Source: an uncultured Pseudomonadales bacterium
GTDB lineage: Bacteria; Patescibacteriota; Microgenomatia; UBA1400; PJMF01
Length of the DNA stretch: 64,000 nucleotides
Assembly: GCA_964625685.1 (NCBI GenBank)
Contig: CAZVBO010000002.1
Span: 55,440-119,439 of the forward strand
Direction: 5' to 3'
This document shows positions 28,106 to 36,771 of the stretch, one piece after another; position 1 is the stretch's first letter; every line of letters starts with the position of its first letter. The translations under genes and the position numbers were made by a program. The notes beneath the pieces were generated by a model. It saw only the letters and a list, made by a program, of their open reading frames with translations. It made no database searches and had not been told where the DNA came from.

Positions 28106-28894
28106 ATGGTTACTCAGGAATACGAAATATTTTTATTAAGAGTACTCAAAGATTCATTGCATTTCACGGAATTACAACGGCTTTTAGAGTTACATCAGAA
28201 TAACTTGGAGCATGTTATTCTTGATTTAACCCCACAGCAACTCTGGCTTGTGGTAGAGAGGTGTGATGACCCTAGCCTTTTAAAGTTATTAACTCAAATT
28301 CGATTTGCAGGATCAGCTGAGTTGATGAATGACAACCCTGAAGAGCCTTTCATTCTTTGGGAACCGATGAATCGAGCTCCCGAGCCTTGGGTAGCTTTTG
28401 CCTTAGCCAAAGCAATAAAACTAGAAATACAAACTCCTAACGATACCCATATCATAACTATCCCTTCTTCTGGTAGTTGGCTGAAACCTGGAATGAAGGA
28501 AATATTTCCTGAAAACCCATATATAGACATCCTCCGAAAGGAAGATTTGGAACCGGATCAACCCTTTTTCTATGAGTTTGATGTCCCATCACATTCCCGT
28601 AATAGGGTTCCTCGCCTTATGGCTTTGCTGACAAACCCACTTGATTTAAAAGGTAAAAAGGTATTGGTAGTAGATGATGTTCTAGCTAGAGGTGATGCTG
28701 TGAAACATGTCAGTGAGATGCTCACTTTCTTTGGAGTGGAAGTAGTCCAATTTGGGGTAGTGATGAGTAAGATAATGCAGGGTGGTTCAAATCTGTTAGG
28801 TCAATTTGGGATTGAAAGGTCTACTACTTTAATTCCAGTTCAAGCAGTATTGAAGCGAGATGACCAATCTATTGATTATACTTTTAGTGAGTAA
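28106..28894 (+). CDS. Two-domain protein: unknown N-terminal domain (~150 aa) plus C-terminal type-I phosphoribosyltransferase domain
   Basis: C-terminal KGKKVLVVDDVLARGDAVKHV is the PRPP-binding motif of type I PRTases; the N-terminal half has no motif I recognise; RBS GAGGGAG upstream. Confidence 0.6.
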   Translation: MVTQEYEIFLLRVLKDSLHFTELQRLLELHQNNLEHVILDLTPQQLWLVVERCDDPSLLKLLTQIRFAGSAELMNDNPEEPFILWEPMNRAPEPWVAFALAKAIKLEIQTPNDTHIITIPSSGSWLKPGMKEIFPENPYIDILRKEDLEPDQPFFYEFDVPSHSRNRVPRLMALLTNPLDLKGKKVLVVDDVLARGDAVKHVSEMLTFFGVEVVQFGVVMSKIMQGGSNLLGQFGIERSTTLIPVQAVLKRDDQSIDYTFSE

Positions 28895-28899
28895 TATTT

Positions 28900-29217
28900 A
28901 TGCCATTTACACCTGATAATCCTTGTTTTGGTTGCCGACAAACTCAATTGGATGGAGAAAGAGTTGCGCCTTGCTGTTGGGATAATCAAATAATTATGGG
29001 TGTTATCAAGGCTATTCAATCTTTTCAGGGAAGACCTGGAGTAACTATTTATTCAACCTCCGATGAGATGGAAGTAAAAGTAGTTAATAATGGACCTTGT
29101 CCTCAACTCAACTTACAAACTGGAGCTTGTTTAATTCAAGGTCACAAGCCAGCTAGTTGTGAGAGTGTGGAACCTTACAATCATCGAATTTGTATTAAGA
29201 CTGATAAAAAGGAGTAA
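28900..29217 (+). CDS. Small Cys-rich protein, YkgJ-like CxxCxxCC putative Fe/Zn-chelating domain
   Basis: NPCFGCRQTQ...APCCWDN pattern (C-x2-C-x(n)-CC) plus additional Cys; 105 aa. Confidence 0.5.
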   Translation: MPFTPDNPCFGCRQTQLDGERVAPCCWDNQIIMGVIKAIQSFQGRPGVTIYSTSDEMEVKVVNNGPCPQLNLQTGACLIQGHKPASCESVEPYNHRICIKTDKKE

Positions 29218-29220
29218 AAA

Positions 29221-30732
29221 ATGATCGTCGTTATCGACTTTGGTTCTCAAACAGCCCATTTAATTGGCCGAAGACTCAGACAGTTAGGTATTGCAGTTGA
29301 GTATCTTGATCCTGCAAATGCTTTGAAACAAATAAAAAGACTTAAACCCTCTGGAATTATTTTTTCAGGTGGACCAAATAGTGTTTATGATCAAGGTGCA
29401 CCTACCACTGATTCTCAAATTTTAGAATTAAACATACCAATCTTTGGAATTTGTTATGGGTGGCAATTGATGGCTCAGATTATGGGCGGAAAAGTAGAAA
29501 ATACAGCCAAAGAATATGGACCAGAAACTTTAACGTATCAGAAGAACATATTTAATTTACCTGAAGAGAGTCCCCAAGTCTTTATGTCGCACGGAGATAC
29601 GGTAACTCAATGTCCCCAGGGTTTTGTTGTAGTTGCTTCAACGAAGAGTGTCGAAAATGCGGCAGTTATCAATAATAAAAAACAGATGATAGGAGTTCAA
29701 TTTCATCCCGAAGTGGATCACACTGAATATGGTCTAGAAGTCTTGAGGCATTTTGCAGAAAAAATGTGTGGGGAAATCACTTCTGAGATGAAGCTTGATC
29801 CCCAAAGTATTATTGAAGAAATTAAAGCAAAAGTTGGAACCAAAAAAGTTATTTGTGCTGTATCGGGTGGAGTTGATTCCACAGTGGCTGCTTCTTTGAT
29901 TGGTAAAGCGATAGGAAAGAATCTAATTCCGGTCTATGTTGAGAGTGGGTTGATGCGCCCTGAGACCAAAGAACATGTCATTAAAATCTTTACAGAGCAA
30001 ATTCATGCCAGTTTGGTAGTGGTTGAAGCCAAAGATCGGTTTATGACGGCTTTAGCTGGTAAAGCTGATCCCGAAGAAAAACGAAAAATTATTGGCAAAC
30101 TCTACGTGGATATTTTTCAAGAAGAATCAGAAAAACATGCAGGGGTAGCCTTTTTAGGTCAGGGTACAATTTACTCTGATGTAATTGAATCAAAGGGCTC
30201 GAAAGAAGCTTCTAAAATTAAATCTCACCACAATGTGGGGGGATTGCCTGATGAGGTAAAGTTTGAGCTTCTGGAGCCTGTGAGAAATTTCTACAAAGAT
30301 GAAGTTAGAGAATTGGGACGATTAATAGGTTTACCTGAAGAGCTTGTCATGCAACAACCATTTCCCGGTCCTGGATATGCGATTCGAATCCGAGGTAAAG
30401 TTACTGAAGAAAGATTGCAGAAAGAAATTATCGCTGATGGAATTGTAGTTGATGAAATTAAAAAAGCAGGTTTATACGAGCAAGTTTTCCAATGCTTTGC
30501 TATTATGACTGGTGCCTATAGTACTGCGGTCAAGGGAGATGCACGGGCTTTTGCCGAAGTAGTGGCTGTACGAGCCTACGAATCAAAAGACGTGATGACT
30601 TCTCAGTGGGCAAATATTCCTTATGAAGTTTTACAAAAGATTTCAAGTCGAATAGTCAATGAAGTCCCTGATGTATCAAGAGTAGTTTACGATATTACGA
30701 CTAAACCACCGGCCACCATGGAGTGGGAGTAA
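29221..30732 (+). CDS. guaA: GMP synthase (glutamine-hydrolysing), GATase plus ATP-pyrophosphatase domains
   Basis: GATase N-domain (ICYGWQLM catalytic Cys, HPEV His); PP-loop AVSGGVDSTVAASL; C-terminal dimerisation domain ending PPATMEWE; 503 aa. Confidence 0.9.
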   Translation: MIVVIDFGSQTAHLIGRRLRQLGIAVEYLDPANALKQIKRLKPSGIIFSGGPNSVYDQGAPTTDSQILELNIPIFGICYGWQLMAQIMGGKVENTAKEYGPETLTYQKNIFNLPEESPQVFMSHGDTVTQCPQGFVVVASTKSVENAAVINNKKQMIGVQFHPEVDHTEYGLEVLRHFAEKMCGEITSEMKLDPQSIIEEIKAKVGTKKVICAVSGGVDSTVAASLIGKAIGKNLIPVYVESGLMRPETKEHVIKIFTEQIHASLVVVEAKDRFMTALAGKADPEEKRKIIGKLYVDIFQEESEKHAGVAFLGQGTIYSDVIESKGSKEASKIKSHHNVGGLPDEVKFELLEPVRNFYKDEVRELGRLIGLPEELVMQQPFPGPGYAIRIRGKVTEERLQKEIIADGIVVDEIKKAGLYEQVFQCFAIMTGAYSTAVKGDARAFAEVVAVRAYESKDVMTSQWANIPYEVLQKISSRIVNEVPDVSRVVYDITTKPPATMEWE

Positions 30733-30755
30733 AAAGTAAATAATTTGTAGCGGAA

Positions 30756-30926
30756 ACATCTCGTTTTCGCTCCCAAGCAACTGAACCCTGTACTTTAGTA
30801 CAGGCGAAAAACCAAGCGAGCTAAAACAGAGTGGATGTTTTTTTTATAAAATTATGAAAAAGTGTAAGCAAAGTATCAATAATAGAAAAAGGTTTAACTA
30901 AACCCCCGTTCGCTGCGGGGGTTTTT
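30756..30926 (+). repeat. Copy 2 of the leader element, between guaA and the GNAT-like gene
   Basis: Same sequence blocks as copy 1 (TTTTCGCTCCCAAGCAACTGAA..., hairpin CCTGTAC-TTTA-GTACAGG, T-run, mini-ORF 30854-30901, identical terminator 30900-30926). About 90% identity, with indels. Confidence 0.8.
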
Positions 30927-30938
30927 AGTAAAGAAAAA

Positions 30939-31607
30939 ATGACAATTGAAATTAGACAAATTTTTGATGCCCAAGAACCTACAGAAATAGAATTAGCTTC
31001 TTTTGTCAGAGCCATTTGTGAGAACTTACAAAGATGTCCAGAGGAATTTGCACACATTGTTCGTCCCGTAAATACTCAGGATGAAGCAGAAGTGAAAGCT
31101 ATCGTGGCTTTAGTTCAGAGAAACTTCGGGGAACATCCCCACTATCAGATATCAGAGACAGAGGGAAATCATCCTCTTAATCAACGAGTAATCGCAAAAT
31201 ACAAAGAAGCAAATTCACTTAAGAACTTATGTGATTCTATGAATCAACCAAATGCCTTTCCCTTTCTGCTTGAACAAGATGGAGAAGTATTAGGGTTTAT
31301 ATTATGTAAAGTAGCAAATGATCAAACGTTAAGAGTTCATCGCTTACACACTTCACTTTCTGCTCCTGATAGGGGAGTGTTAGGAGCTGGCAAAGCTCTA
31401 CTCAATATGGCAGCAATGACGGCACGTAGACTAAATATTTCTACTTTAACTTCAACCGCTTCATATCCGGCAAAAGGATACTTTGAGCACTTAGGTTGGA
31501 GAGGTGAACTAGAACAGAATGAATTTCCTTTTGATGATGGGGAAACAGTAACTTTGACTCAATTTAGATGTTTTTTTGAAATACCAATAGACTTTGAAGG
31601 ATTTTGA
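30939..31607 (+). CDS. Hypothetical protein, probable GNAT-fold acetyltransferase
   Basis: Possible motif A DRGVLGAGKALLNMAAMTARRLNI (R/Q-x-x-G-x-G/A); 222 aa. Confidence 0.45.
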   Translation: MTIEIRQIFDAQEPTEIELASFVRAICENLQRCPEEFAHIVRPVNTQDEAEVKAIVALVQRNFGEHPHYQISETEGNHPLNQRVIAKYKEANSLKNLCDSMNQPNAFPFLLEQDGEVLGFILCKVANDQTLRVHRLHTSLSAPDRGVLGAGKALLNMAAMTARRLNISTLTSTASYPAKGYFEHLGWRGELEQNEFPFDDGETVTLTQFRCFFEIPIDFEGF

Positions 31608-31971
31608 TATGTCACTCTATACTAAATCAGCCCAACTACCACCTCAGAAAAAAGATGGTATTAGAATATGCATTATGAGAAGACCAGGTGATGAGATTCA
31701 ATGGGATATTTGGATTCCTCATTTAGCACCTTCTCATCAATTACTAACTGATTATCATCAAGGAAAAGTAGATTGGGATGGGTTTTGTGTTCAATTTCAA
31801 AAGGAAGTAATTAAAGATAAAAAAGAGTATCTTCAAGTTGTTATAGATTTAGCAAAACTTCACGATATTACACTTATTTGTTGGGAAGAGACCCCGGAAC
31901 GATGTCATCGGAGACTCATTGCTGAAGAGTGTAAAAAAATAAATACTTCTTTAGAGGTTGTTATCAAGTAA
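31594..31971 (+). CDS. DUF488-family protein
   Basis: 125 aa with the RICIMRRPGDE...W...LAPS..LL...CW..P..CHRRL pattern characteristic of DUF488. Confidence 0.5.
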   Translation: MKDFDMSLYTKSAQLPPQKKDGIRICIMRRPGDEIQWDIWIPHLAPSHQLLTDYHQGKVDWDGFCVQFQKEVIKDKKEYLQVVIDLAKLHDITLICWEETPERCHRRLIAEECKKINTSLEVVIK

Positions 31972-32774
31972 TGAGGAAGATAGAATCTTTCCCAGATCGT
32001 TTGATTATTGCTACAGGAAACCATCAAAAAGCTCGAGCTTATGAGCAATATCCATTTCCTTATATTGATACTTTAGATCCTGAAACAGACTGTGGTGTTG
32101 AAGAGTCACTCTCTTCTGATCCCAAAGAGGTAGCTTGGCAGAAGTCAAATATAGTAGTAGCTACGTTATTAGATTTATGGCCTAGTCAAAATAATTTTGT
32201 TGTTACAGGGAATGATGTAGCGGCTTTTTTTTCTACAACTTTTGAAGGTTTATTTAACTCTTTTCAACGAAAAGAATTAAAAAAGCTTATGCGGTACATA
32301 AGTAAACTTACCACAGATCGGGAACGGCAAAATTTTTTAGCGAGAAAACAAGAAGAAACACTCGTTATGTATTGCAATGGACAATTCCATTTTCGATGGA
32401 TAGTGGGCTTTTCAATTCAAGTTCCCAAAACAGATTTAAATATTACAGGTGAAGTTGATATTGTTGGTGTTTTTAATCCTTTAGCAGAATCTTTAGTTAT
32501 CCAGAGTTTTCAGGATAATAGTGCACTTCATATGAGTCCAAGAGTGCCTTTAGCTTTGGTGCTTGATCTATATGCTCATAAACTTTTTCGAAGAGAAGAG
32601 GATGGTTTACAACCAATTGATAATGCTACTGTCTATTCATTAGTGGTGAATGGAGTGTTACCATACAGTTCTTTTGAAGATTTGGTACTAAACAGGGAAA
32701 TTTTGGGTAAAACAAAAAATTATATAATAAAACCAATTCATTTAAGCACTGGGGAAAAACATGACATTGCATGA
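31971..32774 (+). CDS. Hypothetical protein; N-terminus weakly Ham1/RdgB (ITPase)-like
   Basis: LIIATGNHQKARAYEQ resembles the Ham1 N-terminal (L/V)ATGNxGK motif; the rest is not alignable by eye; 267 aa. Confidence 0.4.
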   Translation: MRKIESFPDRLIIATGNHQKARAYEQYPFPYIDTLDPETDCGVEESLSSDPKEVAWQKSNIVVATLLDLWPSQNNFVVTGNDVAAFFSTTFEGLFNSFQRKELKKLMRYISKLTTDRERQNFLARKQEETLVMYCNGQFHFRWIVGFSIQVPKTDLNITGEVDIVGVFNPLAESLVIQSFQDNSALHMSPRVPLALVLDLYAHKLFRREEDGLQPIDNATVYSLVVNGVLPYSSFEDLVLNREILGKTKNYIIKPIHLSTGEKHDIA

Positions 32775-33045
32775 TTTAGAAATTGCTCCTTACTCGTTAA
32801 GAGTCGATCAAGAAAAAAAGAGGAAAAGTGGCTGTGGTGTCTGATATATCACAGCTAGATCCAGATCATCAGGTTATTTGTTCGGATTGATCTTAGCCAG
32901 TATCGAGACGAAACGGAAATTTAGACTATGATTTGTGCGGGATTTCGCTCAGTAGAACCCGGATGTGAATCATCTCCCACAATGATACATCTTATCCAGA
33001 CTCTATCTGCGATGGTGGTATATCCTCAATCTGAGGAATCTGGTA

Positions 33046-33663
33046 ATGGTTAATTCTGAACAAACATATCCTAATATAGTTATTATGGGAAACGTTGCCT
33101 CAGGGAAAAGTACATTGCTCGAGGAGATAAATAATGATCCCCAAATTAAAACTATTGCCGCTGATGAATTATATCAGGACAATCCTTTCTTTAAGGGAGA
33201 TAAGTTTCAAGATCCCAAACGATGGTCATTTACTAGTAACACTTGGTTTTTACTTGAAAAGTTAAAAATATTGTCTGATATTGCAAAACTGACCAAATTT
33301 TCACCCGTACTTGTTGATAGCGGCTTTGAAATGTCATATGTATATGGATACTTTTGTTTACTGATGAATTATTATTCTCAAGAAGAATTTGATCTATTTG
33401 AAAAACTTTTTTTTGAACTTAGTTCATCTATAATGAAACCAACGTATATAGTCCGATTAATGACTCCAATTCCCTTACTCTTAGAGAGAATACGTAGGAG
33501 AGGAAGACAATATGAAATTGAAGCATACTCACTTACATATTTGATGAATTTAGAAGCAGCATTGGATTATACTGAAGGAGTATTTCCACAACATACCCCG
33601 GTTATTCAACTAGATTCCACTGAGGATAACCATGTTCTTATAAAGTCGTTACTCGGTATATAG
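33046..33663 (+). CDS. Deoxynucleoside kinase (dNK / dGK-dAK family)
   Basis: P-loop IVIMGNVASGKSTLLEEI, downstream ERS-like region and arginine-rich lid (RIRRRGRQYE); 205 aa. Confidence 0.7.
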   Translation: MVNSEQTYPNIVIMGNVASGKSTLLEEINNDPQIKTIAADELYQDNPFFKGDKFQDPKRWSFTSNTWFLLEKLKILSDIAKLTKFSPVLVDSGFEMSYVYGYFCLLMNYYSQEEFDLFEKLFFELSSSIMKPTYIVRLMTPIPLLLERIRRRGRQYEIEAYSLTYLMNLEAALDYTEGVFPQHTPVIQLDSTEDNHVLIKSLLGI

Positions 33664-33712
33664 ATTTTGTTCAACTTTTTATCTCTTTTGCTAGTGCTAC
33701 AATCGTGTAGCT

Positions 33713-34552
33713 ATGGCGTCACCTGAGTTAAGACTTACACTTTCTGAAAAAAGACATCTGATTGAATGTTTAGGACCAGTAGGGGATAAGTTATGGCTAA
33801 AACTTCGTTTTGATGAAACTGGGGAGGTATTAGAAGTCACAAGTTTAAATCATACCTTAAAACAAATTTGGCAGTTACTCAAGAATACAACTGAATTTGA
33901 TGGTCTTACTTTTAATCAGCTAGTTTTACCCTATATTCAACAGATTTTACAAAATCCAAGAAGTTTTACAGCTCGATTAGATAGTCCCAAAATCAAAACT
34001 TCTTCCGCTCACCAAGGGGAAACGGTGTTAGAGCATTTGGTTAAAGTATTAGAACATTTGCCGACTGATTTCTTGCGCAAATTTCCCCAAAGTGAAATGG
34101 AAGTCCCTCTCAATCGACAGATTGCTTTATTGAGATTCTTAGCCATAGTACACGATCTGGGAAAGATTATTTTCATTTGTGGTAATGGTCATAATGGAAT
34201 TGGTGTTGCTCACGCTCAAGTTTCAGTTTTACTCCTAAAAGGAGTAACAGACAAACTCTCTTTGTCTGAAGTAGAAAAAGATTTTTTATATCGAGCGGTG
34301 TGGAAACACCATTTTTTTGAAAAGTTAAACTATGGTTTGGTTAGCATTGATGAAGTGTTGGCAGAATTTCCTCATGATCTTCGTCAGTTTCTCCTCTTAG
34401 CTTTTGCTGATCCTTTAAGTATTGCTGGTTATGCCCATTTGAGCATAGGGGTGATTGATCGTATGGCAGAACATGGGTTACTTTCTCCAGATGAAGTGAG
34501 TTTCTTTTTAGCTCGATTTTATGAAGTTCAAGATAAACGAGCTGGTTTCTAA
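33713..34552 (+). CDS. HD-domain phosphohydrolase
   Basis: H...HD...K metal-binding pattern (LEHLVKVLEHL ... LAIVHDLGKIIF) with later His/Asp. Confidence 0.5.
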   Translation: MASPELRLTLSEKRHLIECLGPVGDKLWLKLRFDETGEVLEVTSLNHTLKQIWQLLKNTTEFDGLTFNQLVLPYIQQILQNPRSFTARLDSPKIKTSSAHQGETVLEHLVKVLEHLPTDFLRKFPQSEMEVPLNRQIALLRFLAIVHDLGKIIFICGNGHNGIGVAHAQVSVLLLKGVTDKLSLSEVEKDFLYRAVWKHHFFEKLNYGLVSIDEVLAEFPHDLRQFLLLAFADPLSIAGYAHLSIGVIDRMAEHGLLSPDEVSFFLARFYEVQDKRAGF

Positions 34553-34615
34553 TTTCCCCCTAGCTTTTTTAACCAGATGTTGCTAGTTTGAGTGGGTAAT
34601 AAATAGTACTTCATT

Positions 34616-35326
34616 ATGAGTGTTAATACGGAATTTGATATTCGATCGGTAGAACTTCTCTCGAAAAAGCAACTCCCACCTGGGTTTGAAGTCTTGTACA
34701 CCTGGGAATTTATTCAGCAAAAAATTAATGAATTGGTAGAAACCTTTTTGCGAGAATATAGCGAAGCTCTTATTCTTGAAGAGTTAAATGACGGTACCAA
34801 AAAATATAAAAAAATAGTTTTAATTCAAATTTTAGAGAGTGCTAGACTATTTGCAGCTGACCTGGAGGATAGATTAGTTGCAAAAGGTTTTGAAGTTGAG
34901 GTTAAAGGAGTCAAGATTCAAAGTTATCATGAACAAGAGCAAGGTGAACTCGAATTTGTTGATGGCGAAGAAAATATTACTAATATGGACCCACAGGTAT
35001 TATATTTAATTGTAGATGACATGCTAGACAGCGGTAAAACCATGTTAGGTATTTTAGAGAAAATTAAAGAGTTAAATAAGGAAGTTTTAAGCCTAATTGC
35101 GGTAACCCTATTAAAGAAACCAGGAGCTAAAAATAGTATTGAATATCCTTACTTATCGGCTTTTGAAATGGAGGAAAATCGTTGGATAGGTGGGTATTGG
35201 ATAAATATTGCCATGCCATTGCTTTTTGGGATTATGGATGCACGTAACTATCGCGACATTATTGCCAAAATTAAAAATTTTGAATCGTCAGAGAATATTC
35301 CCGTTGCCGAAATAGATGCTGCGTGA
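34616..35326 (+). CDS. Hypoxanthine/guanine phosphoribosyltransferase-like protein
   Basis: PRPP motif VLYLIVDDMLDSGKTM (compare HGPRT VLIVEDIIDSGLTL); 236 aa, with N-terminal and C-terminal extras. Confidence 0.6.
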   Translation: MSVNTEFDIRSVELLSKKQLPPGFEVLYTWEFIQQKINELVETFLREYSEALILEELNDGTKKYKKIVLIQILESARLFAADLEDRLVAKGFEVEVKGVKIQSYHEQEQGELEFVDGEENITNMDPQVLYLIVDDMLDSGKTMLGILEKIKELNKEVLSLIAVTLLKKPGAKNSIEYPYLSAFEMEENRWIGGYWINIAMPLLFGIMDARNYRDIIAKIKNFESSENIPVAEIDAA

Positions 35327-35457
35327 TACAACAATCACAGTGAATTTAAAAAAGAGTACCCATGATTAAATCCTATTTTTCTTTCCAATCTGCCTTTTCT
35401 ACTCTCTGATTTTCCTGATACATTGAAGTAATAAAAATGTAATTTTTAAGGAAAATC

Positions 35458-36771
35458 ATGTCACCAACCATCCAACAACTTATTCAACAAGAACAGCAAC
35501 GTCAAACCGAAAAAATCGGACTCATTCCTTCAGAAAATGCAACCTCTCCAGAGGTGTCTGAGGTTTTGTCCTCGTGTCTATCAAACAAATATGCCGAAGG
35601 ATACCCGAATAAGAGGTATTATGAAGGTAATCAGATTATTGACCAAATTGAACTTGAAGCCCAGGACAGAGTAAAAAAACTGTTCAAGGTTCCCTACGTC
35701 AATGTCCAACCGTATTCTGGAAGTCCTGCTAACTGGGCGATCTATTTTGCCCTAATGAAACCTGGAGATACCCTATTGGGTCTTAAATTGGCTGAGGGAG
35801 GACACTTAACTCACGGTCATCCAGATGTAACGGCTTCAGGACGGTTTTATCATTCAGTGCAATATGGCTTAAATACAGACTCTCGGATTGATTTTGACCA
35901 AGTCCGCCAGTTGGCTCATCAACATAAACCCAAAGTGATTGTGGCCGGAAATACAGCTTATCCATTTAAACTTGATTTTGAGCAGTTTCGCCAAATTGCC
36001 GATGAAGTAGGAGCTTGGTTGGTGGCGGATATTTCCCACGTCACGGGTCTAGTTATTGGTGGAGAACACCCTTCACCCGTTCCCTATGCAGATGTGGTGA
36101 TGACCACCACCCACAAAACTTTTCGAGGCCCACGAGGAGCTATGATTTTAGTAACAGATGTGGGGATGCAAAAAGACCCAAAACTGGGAGCCAAGATGGA
36201 TTCAGCTATTATTCCGGGTACGCAGGGAGGACCACACAATGCTACCACTGCTGCGATTGCGATTGCTGCTCAAGAGGCTCTGAAACCAGAATTTACAGAG
36301 TATGCCCAACAAATTCGGCGAAATGCTGATGCCTTGGCAGAGAGTTTACAAACTGAGGGATTAACCTTAGTCGGCGGTGGCACCGAAACCCATTTGATGC
36401 TAATTGATTTGTCTCAAAAAGGGTTTGGTTTGGGGAAACAGGTAGCTTTTGCGATGGATATGGCTGGTATCTATGCCAATGCTAATACGGTACCTCACGA
36501 ACCCAGTAGTCCTTTTTTCCCATCAGGCGTTAGAGTCGGCACACCTATGGTGACAACTCGCGGCATGAAAGAGGCGGAAATGAGACAAATTGGGCGATGG
36601 ATTGCTCAAGTGGTAAATCAGGTGGCTGAATTTAGCTTACCCGAAGATAAAAAAGCTCAAAAGAAATTTTTAACCGATTTTCAGACGCAAATGAAACAAG
36701 ATCAATTTTTGTTAAACATAGCGGCAGAGGTCAAACAATTGGCCACTCAATTTCCACTGTTTCAGTGGTAG
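35458..36771 (+). CDS. glyA: Serine hydroxymethyltransferase
   Basis: PLP-lysine region VVMTTTHKTFRGPRGAMIL, N-terminal SENATSPEV...YAEGYPNKRYYEG; 437 aa. Confidence 0.9.
   Translation: MSPTIQQLIQQEQQRQTEKIGLIPSENATSPEVSEVLSSCLSNKYAEGYPNKRYYEGNQIIDQIELEAQDRVKKLFKVPYVNVQPYSGSPANWAIYFALMKPGDTLLGLKLAEGGHLTHGHPDVTASGRFYHSVQYGLNTDSRIDFDQVRQLAHQHKPKVIVAGNTAYPFKLDFEQFRQIADEVGAWLVADISHVTGLVIGGEHPSPVPYADVVMTTTHKTFRGPRGAMILVTDVGMQKDPKLGAKMDSAIIPGTQGGPHNATTAAIAIAAQEALKPEFTEYAQQIRRNADALAESLQTEGLTLVGGGTETHLMLIDLSQKGFGLGKQVAFAMDMAGIYANANTVPHEPSSPFFPSGVRVGTPMVTTRGMKEAEMRQIGRWIAQVVNQVAEFSLPEDKKAQKKFLTDFQTQMKQDQFLLNIAAEVKQLATQFPLFQW

Noticed and set aside
27911-30926. The direct repeats as ends of an IS or transposon
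   Set aside because: There is no transposase, no inverted terminal repeats and no target-site duplication between them. The enclosed genes (PRTase protein, YkgJ-like, guaA) are housekeeping, and each repeat ends in a terminator placed precisely before a start codon, which fits a leader RNA better.
32775-33045. Possible tRNA in the 270-bp gap before the dNK gene (contains GTTCGGATTGATC)
   Set aside because: No 5-bp T-stem flanks the TTCGGAT segment, and no acceptor/D-arm/anticodon cloverleaf can be drawn. I also found no other convincing tRNA, rRNA or CRISPR repeat array anywhere in the window.
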